Shown piece after piece: positions 1 to 9,777 of a stretch of DNA of 28,703 nt; position 1 is the stretch's first letter; each line of letters opens with the position of its first letter. The position numbers were made by a program, and so were the translations under genes. Origin of the DNA: Chiloscyllium plagiosum (taxonomy: Eukaryota); contig NC_057718.1 in the NCBI RefSeq assembly GCF_004010195.1, positions 66,960,179 through 66,988,881 of the forward strand. Direction: 5' to 3'. The notes under the pieces were generated by a model. It was not told the DNA's origin. It made no database searches and saw only the letters and a list, made by a program, of their open reading frames with translations.

Positions 1-75
1 TTTTTGTTTGTTACTGTCAGACAAGTAGATAAATATCCAGTTTTTGTTTGTTACAGTAAAACAAGTAGATAAATA
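1..75. repeat. 40-bp-period direct duplication (2 copies)
   Basis: 1-35 tttttgtttgttactgtcagacaagtagataaata vs 41-75 tttttgtttgttacagtaaaacaagtagataaata, 3 mismatches. Confidence 0.9.
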
Positions 76-78
76 CAC

Positions 79-633
79 GAGAGAAAGTGAGGGCTGCAGA
101 TGCTGGAGATCAGAGCTGAAAATGTGTTGCTGGAAAAGCGCAGCAGGTCAGGCAGCATCCAAGGAACAGGAGAATCGACGTTTCGGGCATAAGTCCTTCT
201 TCAGGAATGAGGAAAGTGTGTCCAGCAGGCTAAGATAAAAGGTAGGGAGGAGGGACTTGGGGGAGGGGCTTTGGAAATGCGATAGGTGGAGGGAGGTCAA
301 GGTGAGGGTGATAGGCCGGAGTGGGGTGGGGGCGGAGAGGTCAGGAAGATGATTGCAGGTTAGGAAGGCGGTGCTGAGTTCGAGGGATTTGACTGAGAAA
401 AGGTGGGGGGAGGGGAAATGAGGAAACTGGAGAAATCCGAGTTCATCCCTTGTGGTTGGAGGGTTCCCAGGCAGAAGGTGAGGCGCTCTTCCTCCAACCG
501 TCGTGTTGCCATGGTCTGGCGATGGAGGAGTCCAAGGACCTGCATGTCCTTGGTGGAGTGGGAGGGGGAGTTAAAGTGTTGGGCTACAGGGTGGTTGGGT
601 TGGATGAACTCGGATTTCTCCAGTTCCCTCATT
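79..633 (-). mobile_element. Penelope-like element (Neptune-type) 3' fragment: GIY-YIG C-terminus, 3' repeat with hammerhead, short inverted 5' arm
   Basis: Minus ORF 360-632 contains HPVAQHFNSPSHS..MQVLGL..RRLEEERL.FCLGTLQPQGMN, typical of the PLE GIY-YIG C-terminus. 418-448 is repeated inverted at 602-632. Same 3' sequence as 807-933, 8947-9041 and 20108-20197. Confidence 0.85.
173..208 (-). ncRNA. minimal type I hammerhead ribozyme motif (Penelope-associated)
   Basis: Reverse complement reads ATTC-CTGAAGA-A-GGAC-TTAT-GCCC-GAAA-CG-TC-GATT. Core intact, one mismatch each in stem II and stem I. Confidence 0.7.
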
Positions 634-806
634 AAGACAGGAGTAATGGATAAACCAGGAAACTACAGGTTGGTCAGTCTAACCTCAGTGATGAAGAAAC
701 TATTGGTGGCAATTCCATGGGACAGAAATAATCTGCATTTGAAGAGGTAGGGATTAATGAAGAATAGTCAGCATGGTTTTGTTAAGAGGAGGTCATGACT
801 GGCCAA

Positions 807-933
807 GGAGAAAGTGAGGACTACAGATGCTGGAGATCAGAGTCAAAAAGTGTGGTGCTGGTAAAGCACAGCAGGTCAGGCAGCATCCGAGGAGCAGGAG
901 AGTCAATGTTTCAGGCATAACCCCTTCATCAGG
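807..933 (-). mobile_element. 127-bp Penelope-derived insert with 13-bp TSD
   Basis: catgactggccaa at 794-806 and 934-946 flanks a sequence homologous to 79-205; it interrupts the CR1 RT. Confidence 0.9.
900..933 (-). ncRNA. decayed minimal hammerhead motif
   Basis: Reverse complement C-CTGATGA-A-GGGG-TTAT-GCCT-GAAA-CA-TT-GACTC. Differences from the 20109 copy are mostly CpG transitions. Confidence 0.6.
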
Positions 934-1422
934 CATGACTGGCCAACTTGATTGAATTTTTTGAAGAGGTGACCAGGTGTCAATACATGATGTCAATACA
1001 TTTGCTGTAGTCTACTTGAACTTCAGCAAAGCATTTGATAAGGGACTGCATGAGAGACTGATAGCAAAGGTAACAGTCCATGGGATCAAGGAAATTTGGC
1101 TAATTGGATCTACAATTTGCTGAATGTCAGAAAGCAGAGGATGATGTTTGAGGGATGTTTTTATGACTGGAAGGCTGTGTCCAGTGGGGTCCCACAGGGG
1201 TCAGTGTTGCAGCCTTTGCTGTTTCTGTTTATATAAATGATTTATACTTGAGTGTAAGAGAGTTGATCAGTAAGACTGTAGATGAAAAAAAATGTTGGGG
1301 TGGTAAATAGTGAGGAGTATAGCCTTAGATTATGGAAAGATACAGAATGGCTGATAAAACAGGCTGATCAGTGGCAACTGGAATTCAAGCCAACTAGATA
1401 TAAGGTGATGCACTTGGACAAG

Positions 1423-1522
1423 GTATATGAATAGGAAGGGTTTGGAAGGAGATGGGCCGGGTGCTGGCAGGTGGGACTAGATTGGGTTGGGATATCTGGT
1501 CGGCATGGATGGGTGACTCTAT
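1423..1522 (+). mobile_element. short CR1/HER1 3'-tail fragment inserted in the older CR1
   Basis: gggactagatt...ggatatctggtcggcatgga...gactctat matches the tail at 12429-12520. The host reading cacttggacaag|acaaacaaag resumes after it. Confidence 0.7.
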
Positions 1523-2429
1523 AAGACAAACAAAGTAAGGAAATACATGATGGATGGCAGGATCCTGGGAAGGAATGAAGATTAGGGAGAATTTTGCATG
1601 CATGTGCATTGGGCCCTTGAGATATCAGGACAGGTGGATAAAGTAGTTAAGAAGTTTAAGCCGTGGCATAGAGGTTATGTTGGAATTGTATAAAATGTTA
1701 ATTGGGCCACAACTAGAGTATTGAGTGCTGTCTGGAATTCACATTATAGGAGAGATGGGAATAGCACTGGAGAGGCTGCAGAGAAGATTTACCTGGATGT
1801 TACCTGGGCTAAAGAATTTCAGTTATGCAGAGAGACTGGACAGACTAGGGTTGTTTTTCTTGGAACAGAGGAGATTGAGAGGGACTGTGATTGAGATTAA
1901 TAAGATTATAAGGGGCATAGATAGGGTAGGCAGGAAGAATGTTTTCCCCTTGATGGAGGGTTCATTGACGAGGGGACATATATTTAAGGCAAAGGGTGGA
2001 AGGTTTAGAGGAGATTTGCAGAAGGTGTTGGGAATCTGGAACTCACTGCCTGTGAGGTTGGTAGAGGCAGAAAAACTCATAACATTTAATAAGTATTCAC
2101 TGGCAAATTTGCGATGGCAAGACACACAAGGGTCTGGGCTAAGTGCTAAAAAATGGGATTAGAATAGTTAGTTATTTTTTAATGACTGGCACAGGTGATA
2201 TTGGCTAAGGGCCTTTTTCTGTGGTGTAGATCTTTCTGGTTCTATGACTCAATGTAGTTTCCAGTATTCAATTCCTCCTTTAATAATGACTAGTGTATCA
2301 TTTGCCTTTCTGGCTGTTTGCTGTATCTGTATGTGAGGAGGTGCATACACACAGAAAAATGGTACAACTTCAAGGTGTGTTGATACAAGAAGTGAGCTGC
2401 AGGCTAAGGTTTAGGAATTTAGTTGTGAG

Positions 2430-2664
2430 AAGACCAAAAGATAAGTGAAAAAGTAGATTTCAGAACTACAGAAAGTAGCTGAAACAAATAATATATAGAT
2501 AAATTTAAACTGAGGTTAGTTAATTATATAGGGGAGAAAGGAATAGGGATTTTGGTGATGAAAAATGATGGGAGGAGGCTCGAGTAGTGCACATACTCTG
2601 CCTCGAATTGTTTGGCCAAATGGCCTGCACCATTGCTGTATCTTATATGTAACCTTATGTAACC
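2430..2664 (+). mobile_element. old CR1 3' UTR/tail fragment
   Basis: ttggccaaatggcctg...tgctgta followed by a (tatgtaacc)x2 tail. Confidence 0.55.
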
Positions 2665-2770
2665 TGCCAACCCAGAAGATGGCTGTTCATTTGTTCTCTG
2701 TTTCTGCCCATAAAACAAACCTCAAACCATACTAATACATCCCCAATTCCATTAGCCCTAATCTTTTGTA
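2660..2770 (-). mobile_element. CR1 RT fragment
   Basis: Reverse strand translates KIRANGIGDVLVWFE..MGR..GWQVT, matching CR1 KIRAHGI..W..WL.GRKQ..W..VTSG. Confidence 0.55.
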
Positions 2771-2956
2771 TGCCACTCAATAGTGAGCTCAATAGATTTA
2801 TCAAATGGTGTTACCTTTTTATAAAACTATTTTGACTTTGCATCATTGTATTTTTTTTTAGGAACTTTGTAACCACATCCCTCAAGACAGAATAGTCAAA
2901 CATGTACAGTATTGTTTTGCAATGACCTTAGCGTTCTTTACTTGTGTTAAAGTACT

Positions 2957-3070
2957 TCACAGTGTCAGGGACCAGGATTCGATTTCAACCTTGGGCTGCT
3001 GTCTGTGTGAAGTTTGCACATTTCCCCGTGCGTTTCCTTCAGGTGTTCAGGTTTCCTTCCACGGTCCAAA
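2957..3070 (+). mobile_element. HE1-like V-SINE 5' fragment
   Basis: cacagtgtcagggaccaggattcgatt (B-box-like) ... tgtctgtgtgaagtttgcacatt...gtccaaa, homologous to 6106-6222. Confidence 0.8.
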
Positions 3071-3077
3071 TTGTTAA

Positions 3078-4706
3078 AGAACATAGAACATAGAACATAG
3101 AACAATACAGCACAGAACTGGCCCTTCGGCCCACGATGTTGTGCCGAACATTTGTCCTAGCTTAAGCACGTATCCATGTACCTATCCAATTGCCGCTTAA
3201 AGGTCACCAATGATTCTGACTCTGCCACTCCCACAGGCAGCGCATTCCATGCCCCCACCACTCTCTGGGTAAAGAACCTACCCCTGACATCTCCCCATAC
3301 CTTCCACCCTTCACCTTAAATTTATGTCACCTTGTAACACTCTGTTGTACCCGGAGGAAAATGTCTCTGACTGTCTACTCTATCTATTCCTCTGATCATC
3401 TTAAAAACCTCTATCAAGTCACCCCTCATCCTTCGCCGTTCCAACGAGAAAAGACCGAGAACTCTCAACCTATCCTCGTACGACCTATTCTCCATTCCAG
3501 GCAAATTCCTGGTAAATCTTCTCTGCACCCTCTCCAAAGCTTCCACATCTTTCCTAAAGTGAAGCGACCAGAACTGCANNNNNNNNNNNNNNNNNNNNNN
3601 NNNNNNNNNNNNNNNNNNNNNNNNNNNNNNNNNNNNNNNNNNNNNNNNNNNNNNNNNNNNNNNNNNNNNNNNNNNNNNNNNNNNNNNNNNNNNNNNNNNN
3701 NNNNNNNNNNNNNNNNNNNNNNNNNNNNNNNNNNNNNNNNNNNNNNNNNNNNNNNNNNNNNNNNNNNNNNNNNNNNNNNNNNNNNNNNNNNNNNNNNNNN
3801 NNNNNNNNNNNNNNNNNNNNNNNNNNNNNNNNNNNNNNNNNNNNNNNNNNNNNNNNNNNNNNNNNNNNNNNNNNNNNNNNNNNNNNNNNNNNNNNNNNNN
3901 NNNNNNNNNNNNNNNNNNNNNNNNNNNNNNNNNNNNNNNNNNNNNNNNNNNNNNNNNNNNNNNNNNNNNNNNNNNNNNNNNNNNNNNNNNNNNNNNNNNN
4001 NNNNNNNNNNNNNNNNNNNNNNNNNNNNNNNNNNNNNNNNNNNNNNTCACAAATCCGTGTTGGCTGTCCCTAATCAAGCAGTGTCTTTCCAGATACTCAT
4101 AAATCCTATCCTTCAGTATCCTTTCCATTACTTCGACTCCCACCGAAGTAAGGCTCACTGGCCTGTAATTCCCGGGGTTATCCCTATTCTCTTTTTTGAA
4201 CAGGGGCACAACATTCGCCACTCTCCAGTCCCCTGGTACCACCCCCGTTGACAGTGAAGACGAAAAGATCATTGCCAACGGCTCTGCAATTTCCTCTCTT
4301 GCTTCCCACATAATCCTAGGATATATCCTGTCAGGCCTGGGGGACTTGTCTATCCTCAAGTTTTTCAAAATGCCCAACACATCTTCCTTCCTAACAAGTA
4401 TCTTCTCTAGCTTACCAGTCCGATTCATACTCTCCTCTTCAACAATATGGTCCCTCTTATTTGTAAATACTGAAGAAAGTACTCATTCAAGACCTCTCCT
4501 ATCTCTTCCGACTCAATACACAGTCTCCCACTACTGTCCATTATCGGACCCACCAAAGATTTTTCATGCCCTCTTAGCTCTCCTAATCCCTTTCTTCAGC
4601 TCCCTCCTGGCTATCCTGTATCCCTCCAATGTTCTGTCTAAACCTTGTTTCCTCAACCTTATGTAAGCCTCCTTCTTCCTCTTTACTAGACATTCAACCT
4701 CCCTCG
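3078..4706 (-). mobile_element. relatively young CR1/HER1 LINE, 5'-truncated, spanning the gap
   Basis: (agaacat)n tail at 3078-3103. ORF segments DKSPRPDRIYPR..PGDWRVANVVPLFKK..PGNYRPVSLTS..QHGFV and QFWS..ALERVQRRFTR. Confidence 0.93.
3579..4046. other. assembly gap (468 N)
   Basis: run of N. Confidence 1.
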
Positions 4707-4894
4707 TTTTGTACCAAGTATCTATTATTAGATAAAATTTGGTAATTGCTAAGAAAATGCCTGTACATGGAACCATTGCACTTGTGAATATAATCCTCCA
4801 AAACACATGCAAATATGCAGTCAAATTAGCTTTGACTGTTGGAACATCATAGCCATCTTGTGGTCATAGTGTACATTGAAAAATCTGAAATTAA

Positions 4895-5058
4895 ACTAAA
4901 AAGCAAAAGAACTGTGGATGCTGGAAATCAGAAATTGCTGGAAAAACTCAGCAATTCTAATAGTTCTGAAGAAGGGTCACTGGACTTGAAACATTAATTC
5001 TGATTTCTCTCCACAAATCCTGCCAGATGTGCTGAGTTTTTCCAGTATTTTCTGTTTT
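4895..5058 (+). mobile_element. short fold-back Penelope-derived insert (second family) with 9-bp TSD
   Basis: TSD tgaaattaa at 4886-4894 and 5059-5067. Inverted arms 4929-4953 and 5030-5054 (23/25). Hammerhead motif between them. Confidence 0.8.
4962..4999 (+). ncRNA. minimal hammerhead motif
   Basis: AGTT-CTGAAGA-A-GGGTC-ACTG-GACTT-GAAA-CA-TT-AATT. Stems I and II pair with G-U wobbles. Confidence 0.7.
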
Positions 5059-5274
5059 TGAAATTAAGTTGGCTTTGTGCTGTTTAGCAACATATTAAAA
5101 CAAATTAAAATAAGAATATATTTAATTGTACAAGTTTCATGATCTCTGGAATCAAACTATCCAATGCCTTTTAAATGTAAAAAGATAATGCATTTGCTAA
5201 AATAAGGAAGATACATTTCAGAATGTGTTAACTAGGCAAATGCCAGCATTTCATGGCATAATTTCAGCATCTCA

Positions 5275-5510
5275 GGAATCACAGAATCCCTACAGTGTTG
5301 AAGGAGACCATTCAGCCCATCAAGTCCACACTGACCCTCCAAAGGACATCCCACCCAGACTCACCCAGACTGTCCCTTTTATATCCTGTAACCCCACATT
5401 TACCATGACTAATCCACCTAAGATTTACATCCCCGAACACTATTGACAATTTCAATATGACCAATCAATCTAATCTGCACATCTTTAGACTGTGGGAGGA
5501 AACCACAGCC
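5275..5510 (-). mobile_element. HE1-like SINE, 5'-truncated
   Basis: gaatcacagaatccctacagtg tail ... ctgcacatctttagactgtgggaggaaacc; reverse-complement homolog of 6200-6430. Confidence 0.85.
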
Positions 5511-5855
5511 TAGAATCATAGAATGCCTACAGTGTGGAAGCAGCCAATTGACCTATCTAGTCCAACTGACTCTGTAAAAACATTCCACCAAGACACATTC
5601 TAATCTCGTTGCCCTACATTTCCCATGGCTAATTCACTTAGACTGCACATCCTTGGACACTATGGACGATTTAGCATGGGCAATCGAACTAATCTGCACA
5701 TCTTTGGATTGTAGGAGGAATCCTGAACACATGGAGGAAACCGATGCAGACGTGGGGAGAATGTGCAAACTCCACACAGACAGCTGTCTGAGGCTGGAAT
5801 CATCCCCAGGCCCTGGCACTGTGAGATAGCAGTGCTGACCACTGAGCCACCGTGC
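5511..5855 (-). mobile_element. HE1-like V-SINE, near full length
   Basis: Reverse strand starts gcacggTGGCTCAGTGGtcagcact (Pol III A-box at 5839-5849), then V-domain-like core and CR1-like tail ctatgattcta. Confidence 0.9.
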
Positions 5856-5944
5856 TTTGATAGAATGTTTTGAGTTGGTTCAATGGATAATAGTGGTATG
5901 AAGGAAGAACTGTGCATGGGAGTTCAGTGATTAGATTACTGCAT

Positions 5945-6570
5945 AGTAGAATTTATAGCATAGAAGGCAATCATTTGGCTGGTTGTGCTTGTACTGGATC
6001 ATAAACATGAATGCTTTGTCTAATCTCACAGCCCCCATTTTGTCTGTATCCCTTCAGTTCCTCATCATGGGTGGCATGCTCGCTCAATGATTAGCACTGC
6101 TTCCCCACAGCACCAGGGACTCAAGTTTGATTTCGCCCTCAGGCGACTGAGTAGGGTTTGCACATTCTCCCCATGTCTGTGTGGGTTCCTCTGGGATCTG
6201 TAATTTCCTCCCACAGTCCAAAGACATACAGGTTAGGTGGATTGGCCATGCTAAATTGCCCGTAGTACCCAGGGATGTGTAGGCTTGGTGGATTAGCCAT
6301 GTGAAATGCAGGGTTACAGGGATAAAGGGAGGGAGAGAGTCTGGGTGGGATGCTCTTTGGAAGAATTAGTGTAGACTCAAAGGGCCAAATTGCCTGCTTC
6401 CACACAGCAGGGATTCTATGATTCTATGATCATCTAATACCGGTGTAATTCCCTTTTAAAACTCTTTATGGAGTCAGATTCCAACCACATTTCAAGGTGC
6501 AGAATTACGAATTTCAATCTTTCCTTTAAGTCTTTTTCCAATGATTCTGAATCTATTGCCCTCTAGTGAT
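5945..6570 (-). mobile_element. old CR1 3' UTR fragment interrupted by the SINE at 6069-6430
   Basis: tagaatttatagcatagaaggcaatcatttggc tail; continues aattcccttttaaa...ttccaacca after the SINE. Confidence 0.5.
6069..6430 (+). mobile_element. HE1-like V-SINE, full length
   Basis: tRNA-like head (degenerate A and B boxes), core tttgcacattctccccatgtctgtgtgggttcctc...cccacagtccaaaga, tail (gattctat)n. Confidence 0.9.
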
Positions 6571-6974
6571 TGACACTGTTATAACTTTTCCCACTCCTTA
6601 TTTGATTGTGACAGGTTATTTCTGTATTTAGAAGTATGTATTTGACAATATCTGTTTCCATGTGGAATTCATGGAACTGGACAGGTTTCCTTCAATTTAA
6701 CAGGGGTTAAGATTTATTAAGCTAAAATCTATCCAAATAAAAATATTAAAACAATATTAAAAATATAAACGTATGTTCTAACATCTAAAATTAACGTCAA
6801 AGACACAAAATTGAACCACACATTTAAATAATAATCTTCCTTTAAAAGTTCTCTGTCTGCTTGCAGAGTTGTAACACAATTTACAGACTCAGATAGACTA
6901 CTCTCACAGTTGCTGGTGCTGTTCTCCTAAAAATGCAAATAAAGTTTGGTTGGTTATGAGAAGAAACTCAAAAA

Positions 6975-7150
6975 TGGAGTGGTGGGCCCGGCACTGATCC
7001 TTGTGGCGCTCTGCTGGTCACAGGCTTCCAGTCTGGGGGCAGATCTCACCATCACCCTCTGTCTTCTGCCTTTGGGCTGGTTCTGTGTCCACGTGGCTGT
7101 ACTCCCTGTATTCCATGAGATCGAATCTTGCTAACTACTAAAGTTTCATT
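6975..7150 (-). mobile_element. CR1 RT fragment
   Basis: Reverse strand translates SKIRSHGIQG...DWKPVTSRAPQGSVPGPPL. Confidence 0.75.
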
Positions 7151-7289
7151 TAGCTTGCAAGGAATTTCCCCAGAACAGAAGCATTATTTTAAATTTGTCA
7201 TCCATCTCTAATATAGAACAATATGTCATAGTACTTCGCCCAAGGTATTGCAAAAATCTGAAGCCAAATGCAGCAATAGTAAAAGGAAT

Positions 7290-8895
7290 GACCTTAGGGG
7301 AAGTGCTAAATGAATATTTTCATCAGTATTCACACTGGAAAAAGACAATGTTGTCAAGGAGAATACTGAGAAACAGGCTCCGAGACTAGATGTGATTGAG
7401 GTTCACAAGGAGGAGGTGTTAGAAATTCTGGAAAGTGTCAAAATAGATAAATCCCCTGGGCTGGATGGGATTTATCCTAGGATTCTCTTGGGAAGCCAGG
7501 GAGGAGATTGCCGAGCCTTTGGCTTTGATCTTTGTGTCATCATTGTCTACAGGAATAGTGCCAGAAGACTGGAAGATAGCAAATGTTGTCCCCTTATTCA
7601 AGAAGGGGAGTAGAGACAACCCTGGTAATTATAGACCAGTGAGCCTTACTTCAGTTGTGGGTAAAGTGTTGGAAAAGGTTATAAGAGATAGGATTTATAA
7701 TCATCTAGAGAGGAATACCTTGATTAGTTTGTGAAGGGTAGGTCATGCCTCTCAAGTGTTGTTGAGTTCTTTGAGATGGTGACCAAACAGGTGGAAGAGG
7801 GAAAAGCTGTTGATCTGGTGGATATGGATTTCAGTAAGGCATTTGAAAAAGTTCCCCATGGTAGGCTACTGCACAAATTACAGAGGCATGAAATTGAGGG
7901 TGATTTAGCAGTTTGGATCAGAAAATGGCTACCCGAAAAAAGACAGCATCTGTTTTGGATCCACTGCTGTTTGTCATTTTTATGAATGACCTGGATGAGG
8001 GCATGGAAGGATGCGTTAGTAAATTTGCAGATGACACAAAGGTCAGTATAGTTGTGGATAGTGCTGAAGGATGTTGGAGGTTACAGAGGGACATATGTTG
8101 CAGAGCTGGGCTGAGAAGTGGCAAATGGAGTTTAATGCAGAAAAGTGTGAGGTGATTCACTTCAGAAGGAGTAACAGGAATGTAGAGTACTGGGCTAATG
8201 GTAAGATTCTTGGTAGTGTAAATGAGCAGAGAGATTTCGGTGTCCACTTCCGTAGATCCCTCAAAGTTGCCACCCAAGTTGATAGGGTTGTTAAGAGCTA
8301 ACACACCGTATGCCTTCTTATTAGTAGAGGGATCAAGTTTCGGAAGTATGAGGTCATGTTGCAGCTATACAAAACTCTGGTGCGGCCGCACTTGGAATAT
8401 TGTGTGCAGTTCTGGTCACTGCATTATCGGAAGGATATGGAAGTTTTGGAAAGGGTTCAGAGGAGATTTACTAGGATGTTGCCTGGTATGAGGGAAGGTC
8501 TTATGAGGAAAGGTTGAGGGATTTGAGGCTGTTTTCGTTAGAGAGAAGAAGGTTGAAAGGTGACTTAATTGAGACATATAAGATAATCAGAGGGTTAGAT
8601 AGGATGGACAGTGAGATCCTTTTTCCTAGGATAGTGATGGCTAGCACAAGGGGACGTACCTTCAAACAGGGTTGATAGATAGAGGACAGATGTCACAGGT
8701 AGTTTCTTTCCAGAGTAGTAGGGGTATGTAACACCCCGCCTCAATAGTAATAGACTTGCCAACTTTACAGGCATTTAATTGGTCATTGGATCGGCATATG
8801 GATAAGGATGGAATAGTGTATGTTAGATGGGCTTCAGACTAGTTTTATAGGGCGGGCCAAAGGGCCTGTACTGTGCTGTAATGTTCTATGTTCTA
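7290..8895 (+). mobile_element. CR1/HER1 LINE, 5'-truncated, frameshifted
   Basis: GEVLNEYF, DKSPGLDGIYPR, PEDWKIANVVPLFKKG..PGNYRPVSLTS, MDFSKAFEKVPH, FADDTK, HLEYCVQFW; tail gttctatgttcta. Confidence 0.95.
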
Positions 8896-8946
8896 ATTCA
8901 TTGTATATTCCAAAAGTTACCTTTGATTGGCTTATTTCTATACAGA

Positions 8947-9041
8947 ATGAAGGTGAGGACTGCAGAGATGCTGAAGATTAGAGTTGAGAGTGTGATGCTG
9001 GAAAAGCACAGCAGGTCAGGCAGCTTTTCCAGCACCACACT
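8947..9041 (-). mobile_element. very short Penelope-derived fragment with inverted arm
   Basis: Homologous to about 84-156. Inverted repeat 8989-9007 and 9023-9041 (18/19). Confidence 0.8.
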
Positions 9042-9164
9042 TATTTATTTTCAGTCATCTTAAGAATAAAATCAATTGTTCAAACAAATAATTTTTAAAT
9101 CTTCCATGTTTAAATTATATGAATCTCCATTTGTCATAAAGCAGGATGAATATCGATACTTACA

Positions 9165-9777
9165 TGGGGAGGTGGAGACTATTTCTGAATAAGCGGATGA
9201 TATTAAACTAAGTGAGAATGTGTGTTGTGAAGATGATATAAAGTGAATTTGAATAGGCTTAATGAATGGGAAAAACATGGCAGATGGAATATAATATGGG
9301 AAAATGTGAGGTTATCCATTTTGAAAGGAGAAATAGCTGTGTAGAGTATTTTGTAAATGGTAAAAGTTTGGAAGGTGAACTTGCACAGAAAAACCTAAGT
9401 GTCTTTTTCAATAAGTTAATGAAGACTAACATGCAGGTGAAGCAAGCTATTATGAAGGCGAATGCAGTGCAACAAAGGTTCACCAGACTTGTTCCTGTGA
9501 TGGCAGGACTTTGAAGAATGAGAGTGATCTAATTGAAACTTACAAAATACATCAAGGGATATGTATGGTTGATGCAGACAAGCTGTTTTCCCGTTAGGGA
9601 ATCTAGAACCAGGGTCACAATTTTAATATAAGGAGGATGCTACTTAGGTCCAAGTTGAGGAAAAGCTTGTTCTCCAGAGCGTGGAATTCTCTGCCACAAA
9701 TGATGTTGAGGCTCAGTCCTTGAGTATACATAAAGTAGAAATGTATAGATATTTAGATTTCTGATTACCATGGCAAA
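9165..9777 (+). mobile_element. old CR1 RT/3' fragment, 5' part (tail resumes at 10807)
   Basis: ADDIKL, WQMEYNMGKCEVIHF, AVQQRFTRLVP, gtggaattctctgcca. Confidence 0.85.

Larger units (their letters stand above)
634..2250 (+). mobile_element. CR1/HER1-type LINE, 5'-truncated, decayed RT plus 3' UTR
   Basis: DKPGNYRLVSLTSV (ORF 403-750), QHGF at about 769, GVPQGSVL at about 1186, LERLQRRFTWMLPGL...IWNSLP (ORF 1725-2162). Many stops and frameshifts; interrupted at 807-933 and about 1423-1522. Confidence 0.9.

Noticed and set aside
173..208. retrozyme or viroid-like element
   Set aside because: No tandem LTR-like direct repeats with paired hammerheads; the motif is attached to Penelope GIY-YIG sequence.
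3322..4428. 368-aa and 296-aa ORFs
   Set aside because: Their length comes from translating through 468 N. The real parts are CR1 RT and its antisense shadow.
5790..5855. tRNA gene (also 6069-6140 and 26775-26850)
   Set aside because: tRNA-derived SINE heads continuing into SINE bodies, with degenerate boxes and no full cloverleaf.
6946..7134. 62-aa ORF resembling a signal-peptide or membrane protein
   Set aside because: The opposite strand is a CR1 RT fragment (KIRSHGIQG..DWKPVTS..PQGSV).
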